A stretch of 64,000 nt of DNA from Candidatus Pullilachnospira stercoravium. GTDB taxonomy: Bacteria; Bacillota; Clostridia; Lachnospirales; Lachnospiraceae. Position 1 is the stretch's first letter; every line of letters begins with the position of its first letter. The position numbers and the translations under genes were made by a program. The notes under the pieces were generated by a model, which saw nothing but the letters and a program-made list of their open reading frames with translations, made no database searches and had not been told where the DNA came from. The stretch is taken from NCBI GenBank assembly GCA_018713585.1, contig DVON01000292.1, positions 4,749 to 68,748 of the forward strand. The letters are read 5' to 3'. Shown here piece by piece: positions 46,344-55,420 of this stretch.

Positions 46344-46748
46344 TCAGGATACTTCATTTTTTGACTTTTCCAGACATTCGCTGCACAGTCCGTAAAAGTT
46401 TGTAGTATGGCCGGTAATTTTTCCGTCGAAATGCCGGGAGGCTTTTGTCTCAATATCAGACAAAAACTCCATGTCCAGATCCATTACCTGATGGCAGCTG
46501 GTGCAGACAAAGTGGTAATGGGGAGCGGTGGCGGCGTCAAAACGATCAGGTCCGTCCCCGGTGCTGATTTTCCGGATGCTTCCCAGATTCACCAGCAGGG
46601 ACAAGTTCCGATAGACAGTGCCAAGGCTGATATTCGGATAAATCTGACGGATGTGGTGATAAACCATATCGGCAGTCGGATGATCGTGACGGGTCATGAG
46701 AAATTCCCGGATAGATTCTCTTTGCCGGCTGTATTTCAGATTTGCCAT
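46344..46748 (-). CDS. Fur-family metalloregulator, PerR-like
   Basis: The HTH region reads ISLGTVYRNLSLL. HHFVC...C pairs (CTSCHQV...CSEC) are present. The genomic context next to rubrerythrins fits PerR. Confidence 0.82.
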   Translation of the reverse strand: MANLKYSRQRESIREFLMTRHDHPTADMVYHHIRQIYPNISLGTVYRNLSLLVNLGSIRKISTGDGPDRFDAATAPHYHFVCTSCHQVMDLDMEFLSDIETKASRHFDGKITGHTTNFYGLCSECLEKSKNEVS

Positions 46749-46764
46749 GTTGCCTCCTTTCGAT

Positions 46765-46783
46765 AATAGTAATTGTTACTGAT
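46765..46783. promoter_or_regulatory. Second, imperfect copy of the same box (AATAGTAATTGTTACTGAT) upstream of the PerR-like gene; candidate autoregulation site
   Basis: It shares 15 of 19 positions with the box at 46272 and lies 17 nt upstream of the start codon at 46748. Confidence 0.5.
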
Positions 46784-46942
46784 ATTATAATACTACCGGT
46801 GGAAATGGTTGTCAAGAGAAAAGTCGGTATTCTCCCCCGAAAACGGCGGAAATGACAGTAGAAAAGGAAGAAAAAAAGCTATATAATACATTCGCTTATA
46901 AAATAAAGTCAGCATGGAAGGGTATTTTCGGGGAGGTTTACA

Positions 46943-48193
46943 ATGGGAAAACAGAAAGGATTTCAGGTAAAGCATCAGTATACGCTGGTACAGGCCCTTT
47001 ATTGGATTTCCAGCTGTGCTTTGATGGGGTACGCGGCAGTATATCTGCAGTACAAGGGTCTGTCTAATACGCTGATTGGTATTGTGGTGGGCGGCGCGGC
47101 CTGCATTTCCATTGTGGTGCAGCCTCTGGTGGCGCAGCTGTCGGAATCGTATGAGGCGCTGACCGTGAAGCGGCTGATTCTTCTGATGATCGGTATGGCA
47201 TCTGCGCTGTTTCTGATCCTGACGCTGGTTCCTTTGCCGGTGCCGGGGATTATGGCAGTATATATAGGAATGTATACCATTTATAACTCACTTCCGCCTC
47301 TTCTGAGCGCCATGGGGATGGAGTTTATCAACCGGGGATACTACCTGAATTTCGGGTTTTCCAGGGGAATCGGATCCATTTCTTACGCGTTCTGCGCTGC
47401 GGCGCTGGGCATCGTTATTGACCGGTTTCATCCGGGTATTCTCGGATATATTTATGTGGGGTGCGCTGCGGTTCTCTGCGTTTCCATTGGAATTATGAAG
47501 GATCTGGGACGGGAGAAACTGACAGTGGCAAAAGCGGAATTGTCCGGGAAGACAGAATCTGTCGGAGATATGGTCAGGAAATCGCCGGTCTTTTTGATGC
47601 TGATGATCGGATTTCTTCTGGGAAATACAGGAAATTCCTGTATTGGAACGTATACCGTCAATGTGATTAAAGATCTCGGCGGCAGCGATACGATTCTGGG
47701 GGTGGCCAACTTTATCGCCGCGGCCAGTGAGATGCCCATGATGATTCTTTTCGGAGTTCTGATGAAGAAAATGGATTGTATCCGGATTCTGAAAATCAGC
47801 GCGTTCTTTTTCTTTGTGAAGCCACTGGTGATTCTGGCTGCGGGGTCGCTGCCCGCGGCGTTTGTGGGATTGGCGATGCAGGGACCGGCTTTCGGGCTTT
47901 TTACTCCGGCAGCGGTATATTATGTTAACAGTACCATAGCGCCGGCAAGCCGTGTGAAGGGGCAGGCTGTGTTCAGTATGGTTACCTCCGGGGCGGCCAC
48001 CTGTGTGGGAAATCTTCTGGGAGGCTGGATACAGGATGCTTTCGGGCTGGACTGGATGCTGGCAGGCTGCGTGATGATCGGCGCTGTGGGCCTGGTGGTA
48101 GTTCTTCTGATTCCCGGGACGGAAGAGAAGGTTCCCATCCGCTACAGGCTGCTCCGCTGGCTGTACCGGAGAGAAATGAAATCACGGGGATGA
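46943..48193 (+). CDS. MFS transporter (12 TM)
   Basis: The hydropathy pattern shows about 12 helices. GGGGAGG is the RBS. The loop composition is typical of MFS proteins. Confidence 0.83.
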   Translation: MGKQKGFQVKHQYTLVQALYWISSCALMGYAAVYLQYKGLSNTLIGIVVGGAACISIVVQPLVAQLSESYEALTVKRLILLMIGMASALFLILTLVPLPVPGIMAVYIGMYTIYNSLPPLLSAMGMEFINRGYYLNFGFSRGIGSISYAFCAAALGIVIDRFHPGILGYIYVGCAAVLCVSIGIMKDLGREKLTVAKAELSGKTESVGDMVRKSPVFLMLMIGFLLGNTGNSCIGTYTVNVIKDLGGSDTILGVANFIAAASEMPMMILFGVLMKKMDCIRILKISAFFFFVKPLVILAAGSLPAAFVGLAMQGPAFGLFTPAAVYYVNSTIAPASRVKGQAVFSMVTSGAATCVGNLLGGWIQDAFGLDWMLAGCVMIGAVGLVVVLLIPGTEEKVPIRYRLLRWLYRREMKSRG

Positions 48194-48322
48194 CAGCAAG
48201 GCTCTGTCTGACTGTTACTGTTATTTATGCAGAGAGGAATCTTTCCACAGAGTTTGACAGATCCGGATCCCCTGTGGTATGATAGGGACGCTGAAAAATG
48301 ATATTGCCGCCGGGTAATTTTC

Positions 48323-48378
48323 AAGCATTGATATCGTGTCGACAGGCCTTAGAAGATACGATCATCAATGCTTTTTTT
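48323..48378 (+). terminator. Strong stem-loop plus T7 run between the MFS and MATE genes (terminator or leader attenuator)
   Basis: AAGCATTGATATCGT...ACGATCATCAATGCTT forms a 15-bp stem with one bulge and is followed by TTTTTTT. A TTGACA-18 nt-TATGAT promoter-like element at 48254-48283 lies upstream of it. Confidence 0.7.
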
Positions 48379-48456
48379 CATAGAAAATTGATTTACTGTG
48401 AAAAAACGCTCCGCGAGGAGCGTACTGCGGCTAAAAAACAGAGGTGGTAGAGTTTG

Positions 48457-49785
48457 ATGAAAAGTAAAGAAAATATCCGGGATTTCGGAAAATATGTGTC
48501 CCTGAACGTAATGGGGATGATCGGATTGTCCTGCTACATACTGGCGGACACCTTTTTCGTGTCGAAGGGGCTGGGAACGGATGGCCTGGCAGCCCTGAAT
48601 CTGGCTATTCCCATTTACAGCTTCATCCATGGAAGCGGCCTGATGATCGGTATGGGAGGGGGAACCAGATATTCCATCTGCAAAAGCAGAAATGATGACA
48701 AGGAGGCAAACCGGACGTTCACCACTGCCGTGTATCTGGCAGCAGGATTTGCCCTGCTTTTTATGCTGCTGGGTTTGTTTGCCACGGGAACGATCCTGCG
48801 GCTGTTCGGAGCACAGGGGCGGGTTTATGAGATGTCCAATACCTATCTGCAGGTAATTCTTCTGTTCGCGCCCGCGTTTCTGATGAACAATGTGCTTCTG
48901 TGCTTTACCAGAAACGACGGGGCTCCGCAGCGGGCCATGGCTGCCATGATCGGAGGCAGCCTTTCCAATGTGGTGCTGGACTGGGTATTTATCTTTCCCT
49001 GCGGCATGGGAATTTTCGGAGCCGTATTTGCCACCGGGCTGGCTCCCATCATCAGTATGATGATTCTGTCCCCGCACATTCTGAAGAAGAGGAACGGATT
49101 TCACTTTGCCAGATGCCTGCCGCAGCCGGGAAGGGTGGGGAAAATTCTTTCCAGCGGCCTTCCTTCTCTGGTGACGGAGGCCTCCTCCGGCATTGTAATG
49201 ATCGTATTCAATTCCATTATCATGGGCTTGGAAGGAAATGTGGGGGTGGCCGCTTACGGAGTAATCGCCAACCTGTCTCTGGTGATTATCGCGGTGTATA
49301 CGGGAATCGCCCAGGGAATCCAGCCGCTGATCAGCAGAAGCTACGGCGCGGGAAGAAGGGAGGAAATGCTGGTATTTCTCCGGTATGCGCTGGCGGTGAT
49401 GGCGGTGTTTTCCGTGGTGATTTATGCCTGTGTATTCCTCTGGGCTTCGCCCATTGCGGCGGTATTCAACAGTGAGAATAACGCCAGGCTGCAGGAGATT
49501 GCCAGGGAGGGACTGCGGCTGTATTTTACCGCCTGCCCCTTTGCCGGGTTCAATGTGATTATCGCAGTCTACTTTACGTCAGGTGCCAATCCGCTGCCGG
49601 CGCACATCATTTCCCTTCTCCGGGGGTTTGTGGTGATTATCCCCATGGCCTTTCTCCTGTCTTCGGCGGCAGGGCTGGCCGGCGTGTGGTGCACGTTTCC
49701 GGTGACGGAGGCTCTGGTGGCTGTTATGGGAGTCCTGTTCTTTATCCGGGCAAAGAAACGGCCGGCCAGTATGGCCGGCGCGTAA
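48457..49785 (+). CDS. MATE-family efflux transporter
   Basis: It has 12 TM helices. The N-terminus NVMGMIGLSCYILADTFFVSKGLGTDGLAALNLAIPI is typical of MATE/NorM-DinF proteins. The ATG at 48457 lies 9 nt after AGAGGTGG. Confidence 0.9.
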   Translation: MKSKENIRDFGKYVSLNVMGMIGLSCYILADTFFVSKGLGTDGLAALNLAIPIYSFIHGSGLMIGMGGGTRYSICKSRNDDKEANRTFTTAVYLAAGFALLFMLLGLFATGTILRLFGAQGRVYEMSNTYLQVILLFAPAFLMNNVLLCFTRNDGAPQRAMAAMIGGSLSNVVLDWVFIFPCGMGIFGAVFATGLAPIISMMILSPHILKKRNGFHFARCLPQPGRVGKILSSGLPSLVTEASSGIVMIVFNSIIMGLEGNVGVAAYGVIANLSLVIIAVYTGIAQGIQPLISRSYGAGRREEMLVFLRYALAVMAVFSVVIYACVFLWASPIAAVFNSENNARLQEIAREGLRLYFTACPFAGFNVIIAVYFTSGANPLPAHIISLLRGFVVIIPMAFLLSSAAGLAGVWCTFPVTEALVAVMGVLFFIRAKKRPASMAGA

Positions 49786-49809
49786 ACGGCGGGGATAGCC
49801 GGAATATTT

Positions 49810-50736
49810 TCATTTTTTTCCGGCAGGAGCAGTCTTTTTTCGTGCCGGAAGCTGTGCCAGAAGGATGGCGGCGAACATCAGCACGCATCCGGCCAGCTCG
49901 CGGAGACTCAGTTTTTGTCCCAGCAGAACCCATCCGGCCAGAACAGAGATGCAGGATTCCAGGCTGAGAATCAGGGAGGCTACGGTGGGGTTCATATCCT
50001 TCTGCCCCACCACCTGCAGGGTGTAGCCTACGCCGCAGGAGAATACGCCTGCATACAGGACCGGCCCCCAGGCCGCCAGCAGCGCGGAAATGGTGGGATG
50101 CTCAAACAGCAGTGCCGGCACCGCGCAGATGATTCCGCAGACAAAAAACTGGATACAGGACATTTTTACCCCGTCCACCAGGGGAGAAAAATGGTCGATG
50201 ACCAGAATATGTACAGAAAACAGCACTGCGCAGATCATCACCAGGAAATCTCCTTTCCCGATGGAGAAGGAATCGGTGATGCAAAGCAGATACAGTCCCG
50301 CCAGAGCCAGCGCCACAGCCGCCCAGATGGAAGCGGGACATTTCTTTTTCAGAAAGATCAGTCCCAGGATGGGGACGATTACGATGTAGCAGGCGGTGAT
50401 AAAACCGGCCCGACCCACGGTGGTATACTGGATTCCGATCTGCTGGAAGCTGCTGGCCGCGGCCAGGAAGATTCCGCACCAGATGCCTCCCGCGATCAGT
50501 GTTTTGCGGGAACGGGCGGCCTCCCGGGGAGTAGTCTCCTGCTGTTTCGGGGGATTGACGCGGTTCAGCAGAAAAATACAGGGGATCAGTACGATTCCGC
50601 CGATGAGGCTGCGCACCGCGTTGAAGGTGAAGGGCTTCACATAATCCATTCCCACGCTCTGCGCCACGAAGGCGGTTCCCCAGATGGTGGCGGTCAGAAG
50701 CAGGAGAATGGAATTCCTCAGTTTTGTTTTTTGCAT
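49810..50736 (-). CDS. DMT-superfamily (EamA-like) transporter
   Basis: The start is MQKTKLRNSILLLLTATIWGTAFVAQSVG. There are ten TM helices in two EamA repeats. The longer ORF-track version has no support upstream. Confidence 0.87.
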   Translation of the reverse strand: MQKTKLRNSILLLLTATIWGTAFVAQSVGMDYVKPFTFNAVRSLIGGIVLIPCIFLLNRVNPPKQQETTPREAARSRKTLIAGGIWCGIFLAAASSFQQIGIQYTTVGRAGFITACYIVIVPILGLIFLKKKCPASIWAAVALALAGLYLLCITDSFSIGKGDFLVMICAVLFSVHILVIDHFSPLVDGVKMSCIQFFVCGIICAVPALLFEHPTISALLAAWGPVLYAGVFSCGVGYTLQVVGQKDMNPTVASLILSLESCISVLAGWVLLGQKLSLRELAGCVLMFAAILLAQLPARKKTAPAGKK

Positions 50737-51078
50737 GAATATCCTCTTTCCCGGCAGACATCGGATCTGCCGTATTTTTATGAACAGGTTTCCCGCCGCA
50801 GGCCTGAATGGCTGCGGCGGGACGTTTATCAATAGAAATACTATCATGTTTCGCGGAGGAAAGAAAGCGGGGATTTGGTTATATGAGGAAATTTTGTAAC
50901 GGAGCAGCATTTCGTTTCTGCGGCTGTAAAATTTGCGGCTATACAAATTGACGGGTCCACCATACAAGAAGTAAAATGTAGATACAAGTATTGGAGGATT
51001 CCGGAAAATACCGGAAATATGCGGCAGCAAAACCGAAAGGCGGAGCTGTCACGGAAATATTGATGTGGAGGAGAAGGT

Positions 51079-53127
51079 ATGAGACAGATTGTAAACGGAA
51101 AGGAAATGGTACTGGGAACCTGCTACTATCCGGAGCACTGGCCGGAGAGCCTGTGGGAGGAGGATCTGGAGCGGATGCTGGAGTGCGGCATCCAGGTGAT
51201 CCGGATTGCCGAATTTGCCTGGAGCAAGGTGGAGCCTTATGAGGGAGTTTTTACCTATGAATTCTTTGACCGGTTCCTGGATCTGGCCCGGGAGAAGGGG
51301 ATGAAGGTGATTTTCTGTACGCCCACCGCCACCCCGCCGGCCTGGCTGACGGAGAAGTATCCGGAGGTGCTCAACGGAACCATCGACGGGGTGCTGTTCC
51401 GCCATGGGGGAAGGCGGCATTACAATTATAACTCCCCGGTGTATCAGGAGAAGACCAGGATCATCACAGAGGCATTTGCCTCCCATTACGGCCCCCATCC
51501 GGCGGTTATCGGGTGGCAGATTGATAATGAGCTGAACTGTGAGCGGGATGAATTTTATTCGGAGAGCGATACAGCGGCGTTCCGGGTATTTCTTCAGAAG
51601 AAATACGGTTCTCTGGACAAGCTGAATGAGGCCTGGGGAACCACCTTCTGGAACCAGACCTATACCGACTGGAAGGAAGTGCACATTCCCAGAACCACGC
51701 CCAGCAACAATACCAATCCCCATGAGGTGCTGGATTACACCCGGTTTATCTCTGACAGCGCCTGCCGGTACGCGAAGCTGCAGAGTGATATTATCCGGAA
51801 ATATGTAAAGCCAGGTGATTTTATCACCACCAACGGGCTGTTTTCCAATCTGGACAACCAGAGGATGGCCGGGGAGAGCCTGGATTTCATCATGTATGAT
51901 TCCTACCCCAATTTTGCCTTTACAAAGGAAAATTATGAGAAATTCTCCGCCACCCTGCAGGATAGAATGTGGAGCCGGAATCTGACGGAGGTGCGGGCGG
52001 TGTCTCCCAATTTCGGGATCATGGAGCAGCAGTCCGGGGCCAACGGATGGAATAACCGGATGGCGGCGCCCACGCCGAAGCCGGGGCAGATGACCCTGTG
52101 GACAATGCAGAGCGCGGCCCATGGGGCGGATTATGTCAGCTATTTCCGCTGGCGGACCTGTACTATGGGGACGGAGATTTACTGGCACGGGATTCTGGAT
52201 TATTCCGGAAGGGAGAACCGGAGACTGCGGGAGGTTCGGGAAATCCACAGGAAATTCCAGGCCATTTCCGAAGCGGCAGGCTCCCGGTATGAGGCCCGGA
52301 CGGCGGTTTTGAAGGATTATGACAATATCTGGGATGCCCAGCTGGATATCTGGCACGGGGATGTGGACCGGCTCAGCCAGCAGTCGCTTTTCCTGGCGGC
52401 GCAGAAGAGCCACACGCCCATGGATTATGTGTATCTGAGAGAGGACACCACGGCGGCGGATCTGAAAAAATATCAGGTGATTTTCTATCCGCATCCGGTG
52501 ATTGTCAATCAGCAGCGGGCGGCCATTCTGGAGGAGTATGTGAAGGATGGCGGCTGCCTGGTGCTGGGCTGCCGCAGCGGCTATAAGGACATGACCGGAA
52601 AATGCGTGATGGACAGGCTGCCGGGGCTGTTTGCGAAAATGAGCGGTACCGATATCCCCGAATATACCCGGGTAAATCCGGATGATGAACCGGTGTATAT
52701 CGACTGGGACGGTATCCGCCTGGAGGCGGCTGTATTCAACGATCAGCTGGAACCCCTGACCGCAGACGCGCAGGTGCTGGGCCGGTATGAAAACTGCTAC
52801 TATGCCGGCGCGCCGGGGCTGATCTGCAATGCGCTGGGAGAAGGCAAGGTTTATTATTTCGGCGCGGCCTTTACGGAGGAGACGGCCCGGGTATTCCTGG
52901 AAAAACTGGGAGCGGCTTCCCCATACGCGGATGTACTGGAACTTCCCCGGGAATGTGAGCTGGCGGTTCGGGAAAAGGATGGAAGGAAGTATTATTTTGT
53001 GCTGAATTATAAGAAGACGCCGGTGAAGATTCAGGTGAAGGAAGAGCTGGTGGATTTGTATACCGGTGAAACTGTCAGCGGCCAGGTGGAGCTGGAAGCC
53101 TTTGGGACGAAAGTTTACCGGGGGTGA
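51079..53127 (+). CDS. GH42-family beta-galactosidase
   Basis: LGTCYYPEHWPE, IGWQIDNE (acid/base Glu region) and MEQQSG (nucleophile Glu region) are present. The protein is 682 aa. Confidence 0.92.
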   Translation: MRQIVNGKEMVLGTCYYPEHWPESLWEEDLERMLECGIQVIRIAEFAWSKVEPYEGVFTYEFFDRFLDLAREKGMKVIFCTPTATPPAWLTEKYPEVLNGTIDGVLFRHGGRRHYNYNSPVYQEKTRIITEAFASHYGPHPAVIGWQIDNELNCERDEFYSESDTAAFRVFLQKKYGSLDKLNEAWGTTFWNQTYTDWKEVHIPRTTPSNNTNPHEVLDYTRFISDSACRYAKLQSDIIRKYVKPGDFITTNGLFSNLDNQRMAGESLDFIMYDSYPNFAFTKENYEKFSATLQDRMWSRNLTEVRAVSPNFGIMEQQSGANGWNNRMAAPTPKPGQMTLWTMQSAAHGADYVSYFRWRTCTMGTEIYWHGILDYSGRENRRLREVREIHRKFQAISEAAGSRYEARTAVLKDYDNIWDAQLDIWHGDVDRLSQQSLFLAAQKSHTPMDYVYLREDTTAADLKKYQVIFYPHPVIVNQQRAAILEEYVKDGGCLVLGCRSGYKDMTGKCVMDRLPGLFAKMSGTDIPEYTRVNPDDEPVYIDWDGIRLEAAVFNDQLEPLTADAQVLGRYENCYYAGAPGLICNALGEGKVYYFGAAFTEETARVFLEKLGAASPYADVLELPRECELAVREKDGRKYYFVLNYKKTPVKIQVKEELVDLYTGETVSGQVELEAFGTKVYRG

Positions 53128-53278
53128 GGTATGATGCGGGGGTGAACTTCCCCGGATTTGAGGTGGAAAATAATTCTTTATATGGCAATATGGGAAGTGG
53201 AGAAGAAGGATTTTCTGCAGTGACTTTGGGCTGAAAGCCATGGGAGGTGAAATCCTGCGGCAGGAAAGGATAGAAGTA

Positions 53279-54105
53279 TACGGCGGGAAATGGAGGAATG
53301 GGAGTTTCTGCCGAAGGAAATGGCGTAGGTGTACGGTGGGAAATGAAAAAATGAATTTCCGCCGTAGAGTAAAGCGTAGGTGTACGGTGGAAATGAAGAA
53401 AGGTGAATTTCTGCCGTAGAAAAAAGCGCAAGTGTACGGTAGAGAAATGAAAAAATGAATTCCTGCCGTAGAGTAAGGCACAAGTGTACGGCGGGAAATG
53501 AAGAAAGGCGAAATTCTGCAGTAGAAAAGAAAGTAAGTGTACGGCAGGGAAATGAAAAAATGAATTCCTGCCGTAGAGTAAGGCGCAAGTGTACGGTGGA
53601 AAATGAAGAAAGGGGAAATTCTGCAGTAGAAAAGAGAGCAAGTGTACGGCGGGGAAATGAAAAAGTGAATTTCCGCCGTAGGATAAGGCGCAAGTGCACG
53701 GCAGAAAATGAAGAAAGACGAATTTCTGCCGTAGGATAAGGCGCAAGTGCACGGCAGAAAATGAAGAAAGGCGAAATTCTGCCGTAGGATAAGGCGCAAG
53801 TGTACGGTGGAAATGAAGAAAGGAGAATTCCTGCCGTAGAGCAAGGCGCAAGTGTACGGTGGAAATGAAGAAAGACAAATTTCCGCCGTAGAAGAGAGCG
53901 AAAGTATACGGCAGGATACGAAGAAAAGCGATTTCCTGCCGCAGTGACAGGCGGAAGGATACGGCGGAAATAAAGAAAAGTGAAATTCCGCCGTAGAAGA
54001 GAGCGAAAGTATACGGCAGGATACGAAGAAAAGCGATTTCCTGCTGCAGTGACAGGCAGAAGGATACGGCGGAATTTGAAAAGGTGATTTTTCCGGTTTG
54101 CCATT
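53279..54105 (+). repeat. Array of 16 head-to-tail hairpin units (51-53 bp period); a non-coding tandem inverted-repeat array that is not CRISPR
   Basis: Unit anchors (T/C)ACGG lie at 53279, 53332, 53383, 53435, 53487, 53540, 53592, 53645, 53697, 53750, 53803, 53855, 53907, 53960, 54012 and 54065. Each unit has the arms TACGG(C/T)(G/A)GGAAAT...ATTTC(C/T)GCCGTA around a purine-rich loop, followed by a 13-16-nt conserved linker. The plus strand assignment is based on G-T mismatch asymmetry. Confidence 0.9.
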
Positions 54106-54211
54106 GTTTCATTCTATTGTTTTATTGATTTGTGGATATGGCATGAGGATGAATTAAGGTTATTCGGGGATAATGCCGCAGGAAGGTATCTGTCTGAAGG
54201 GAGGTTACAGC

Positions 54212-55282
54212 GTGAAAACAAGATTTGCCATCGTAGGATATGGCTGGCGGGCGCAGTTTTATCTGCGGGCGGCGCGGATGATTCCGCAGGAATTTGAGGT
54301 CACTTCCATTGTGACCAGAAGCGGGGAGCGGGCGGCGCAGATCCGGAAGGAGACGGGGATTCCGGCAGTGTGCAGCCTTGAGGAGGCACTGGGGGATCAG
54401 CCGGATTTTGTTCTTCTGTGTGTGCCCCGGGCGGTGATGAAGGACTGGATTGTCCGGCTGATGGAGCAGAAAATTCCGGTGCTCTGCGAGACGCCGCCGG
54501 GGAAAGACGTGGATGAGCTGAATGAACTGTGGAAGGAGAAGGTGAGGCTTGGCGGAAATGTACAGGTGACGGAGCAGTATTTCCTTCAGCCTTATTACGC
54601 GGCCATGATCCGGCTGGCACGTTCGGGGCTGCTGGGGGATATTTCCAATATGAACATGTCCGCCATTCACGGTTACCATGCGGTGAGTATTTTCCGGAAA
54701 GTGCTGGGTGTGGGATTTGAAAACTGTGAGATTTTGGGCAGGAGATTCCGCTTCCCGGTGACGGAAACCCGCGACCGGGCAGGGTGGCATTACGGAGGAC
54801 GGATGCTTTGTCCTGACAGAGACCGGGTGGACCTGGTGTTTGAAAGCGGAAGGACGGCGTTTTTTGATTTCTCTCAGGAGCAGTATTTCTCTCCCATCCG
54901 CAGCCGGACCTGGAACGTGCAGGGCAGCAGGGGAGAAATCCGCGATATGGATGTGTACTGGCTCAATGAGAAGAATCAGGTGATCCGGGAACATATGCGG
55001 CGGGAAGATGACGGTGTTTACAACATCGACGGGTGGAGCCATCTGTGGATTACCCTGTCAGGGGAACGCATTTATGAAAATCCCTTCCCGCAGGCCAGAC
55101 TCAATGACGATGAGCTGGCGGTGGCGGACGTGCTGCGGCATATGGGAAGAAGCGTCCGGGAGGGCGTGGATTTCTATCCTTTGAGGGAGGGACTGCAGGA
55201 TGCGTACCTGGATTTCTGTATGGAGGAAGCGCTGCGGACAGGAAATGCGGTGCGGACAGAGGCGCAGAGCTGGGTGCCATAA
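54212..55282 (+). CDS. Gfo/Idh/MocA-family oxidoreductase
   Basis: The N-terminal Rossmann motif is RFAIVGYGWRAQFY. The start is GTG at 54212, 7 nt after GGGAGG. The ORF is open from 54173. Confidence 0.82.
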   Translation: MKTRFAIVGYGWRAQFYLRAARMIPQEFEVTSIVTRSGERAAQIRKETGIPAVCSLEEALGDQPDFVLLCVPRAVMKDWIVRLMEQKIPVLCETPPGKDVDELNELWKEKVRLGGNVQVTEQYFLQPYYAAMIRLARSGLLGDISNMNMSAIHGYHAVSIFRKVLGVGFENCEILGRRFRFPVTETRDRAGWHYGGRMLCPDRDRVDLVFESGRTAFFDFSQEQYFSPIRSRTWNVQGSRGEIRDMDVYWLNEKNQVIREHMRREDDGVYNIDGWSHLWITLSGERIYENPFPQARLNDDELAVADVLRHMGRSVREGVDFYPLREGLQDAYLDFCMEEALRTGNAVRTEAQSWVP

Positions 55283-55420
55283 GAGCGGGCCGGAAAAAGA
55301 GAAACAGAAGAGCCGAAAACGGCCAGGAAAAAAGTGCAACAGGGCTGAAAGTCAGTCAGGATAAAAAGAACAACAGGGAAAGAAAGCGAGAGAAGGACAG
55401 AAAAAACGGGAGGCAGATCC

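Noticed and set aside
51049-53844. 931-aa minus-strand ORF
   Set aside because: It is an antisense shadow of the well-supported GH42 gene, extended into the stop-free hairpin array. It has no recognisable motifs.
53279-54105. CRISPR array
   Set aside because: The inter-hairpin segments are only 13-16 nt long and resemble one another, so they are a conserved linker and not unique spacers. The units drift as whole 52-bp blocks. No cas genes or leader are present.
53075-54112. Minus-strand ORFs through the hairpin array (345 aa, 308 aa and the tail of the 931-aa ORF) read as a repeat protein
   Set aside because: All three minus-strand frames are open at once, because the plus strand is purine-rich and lacks TTA/CTA/TCA. 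The 51-53 bp period is not a multiple of 3, so the peptide repeat keeps changing frame. There is no RBS or start context. The composition (F/L/H/Y/R-rich) is unlike real proteins.
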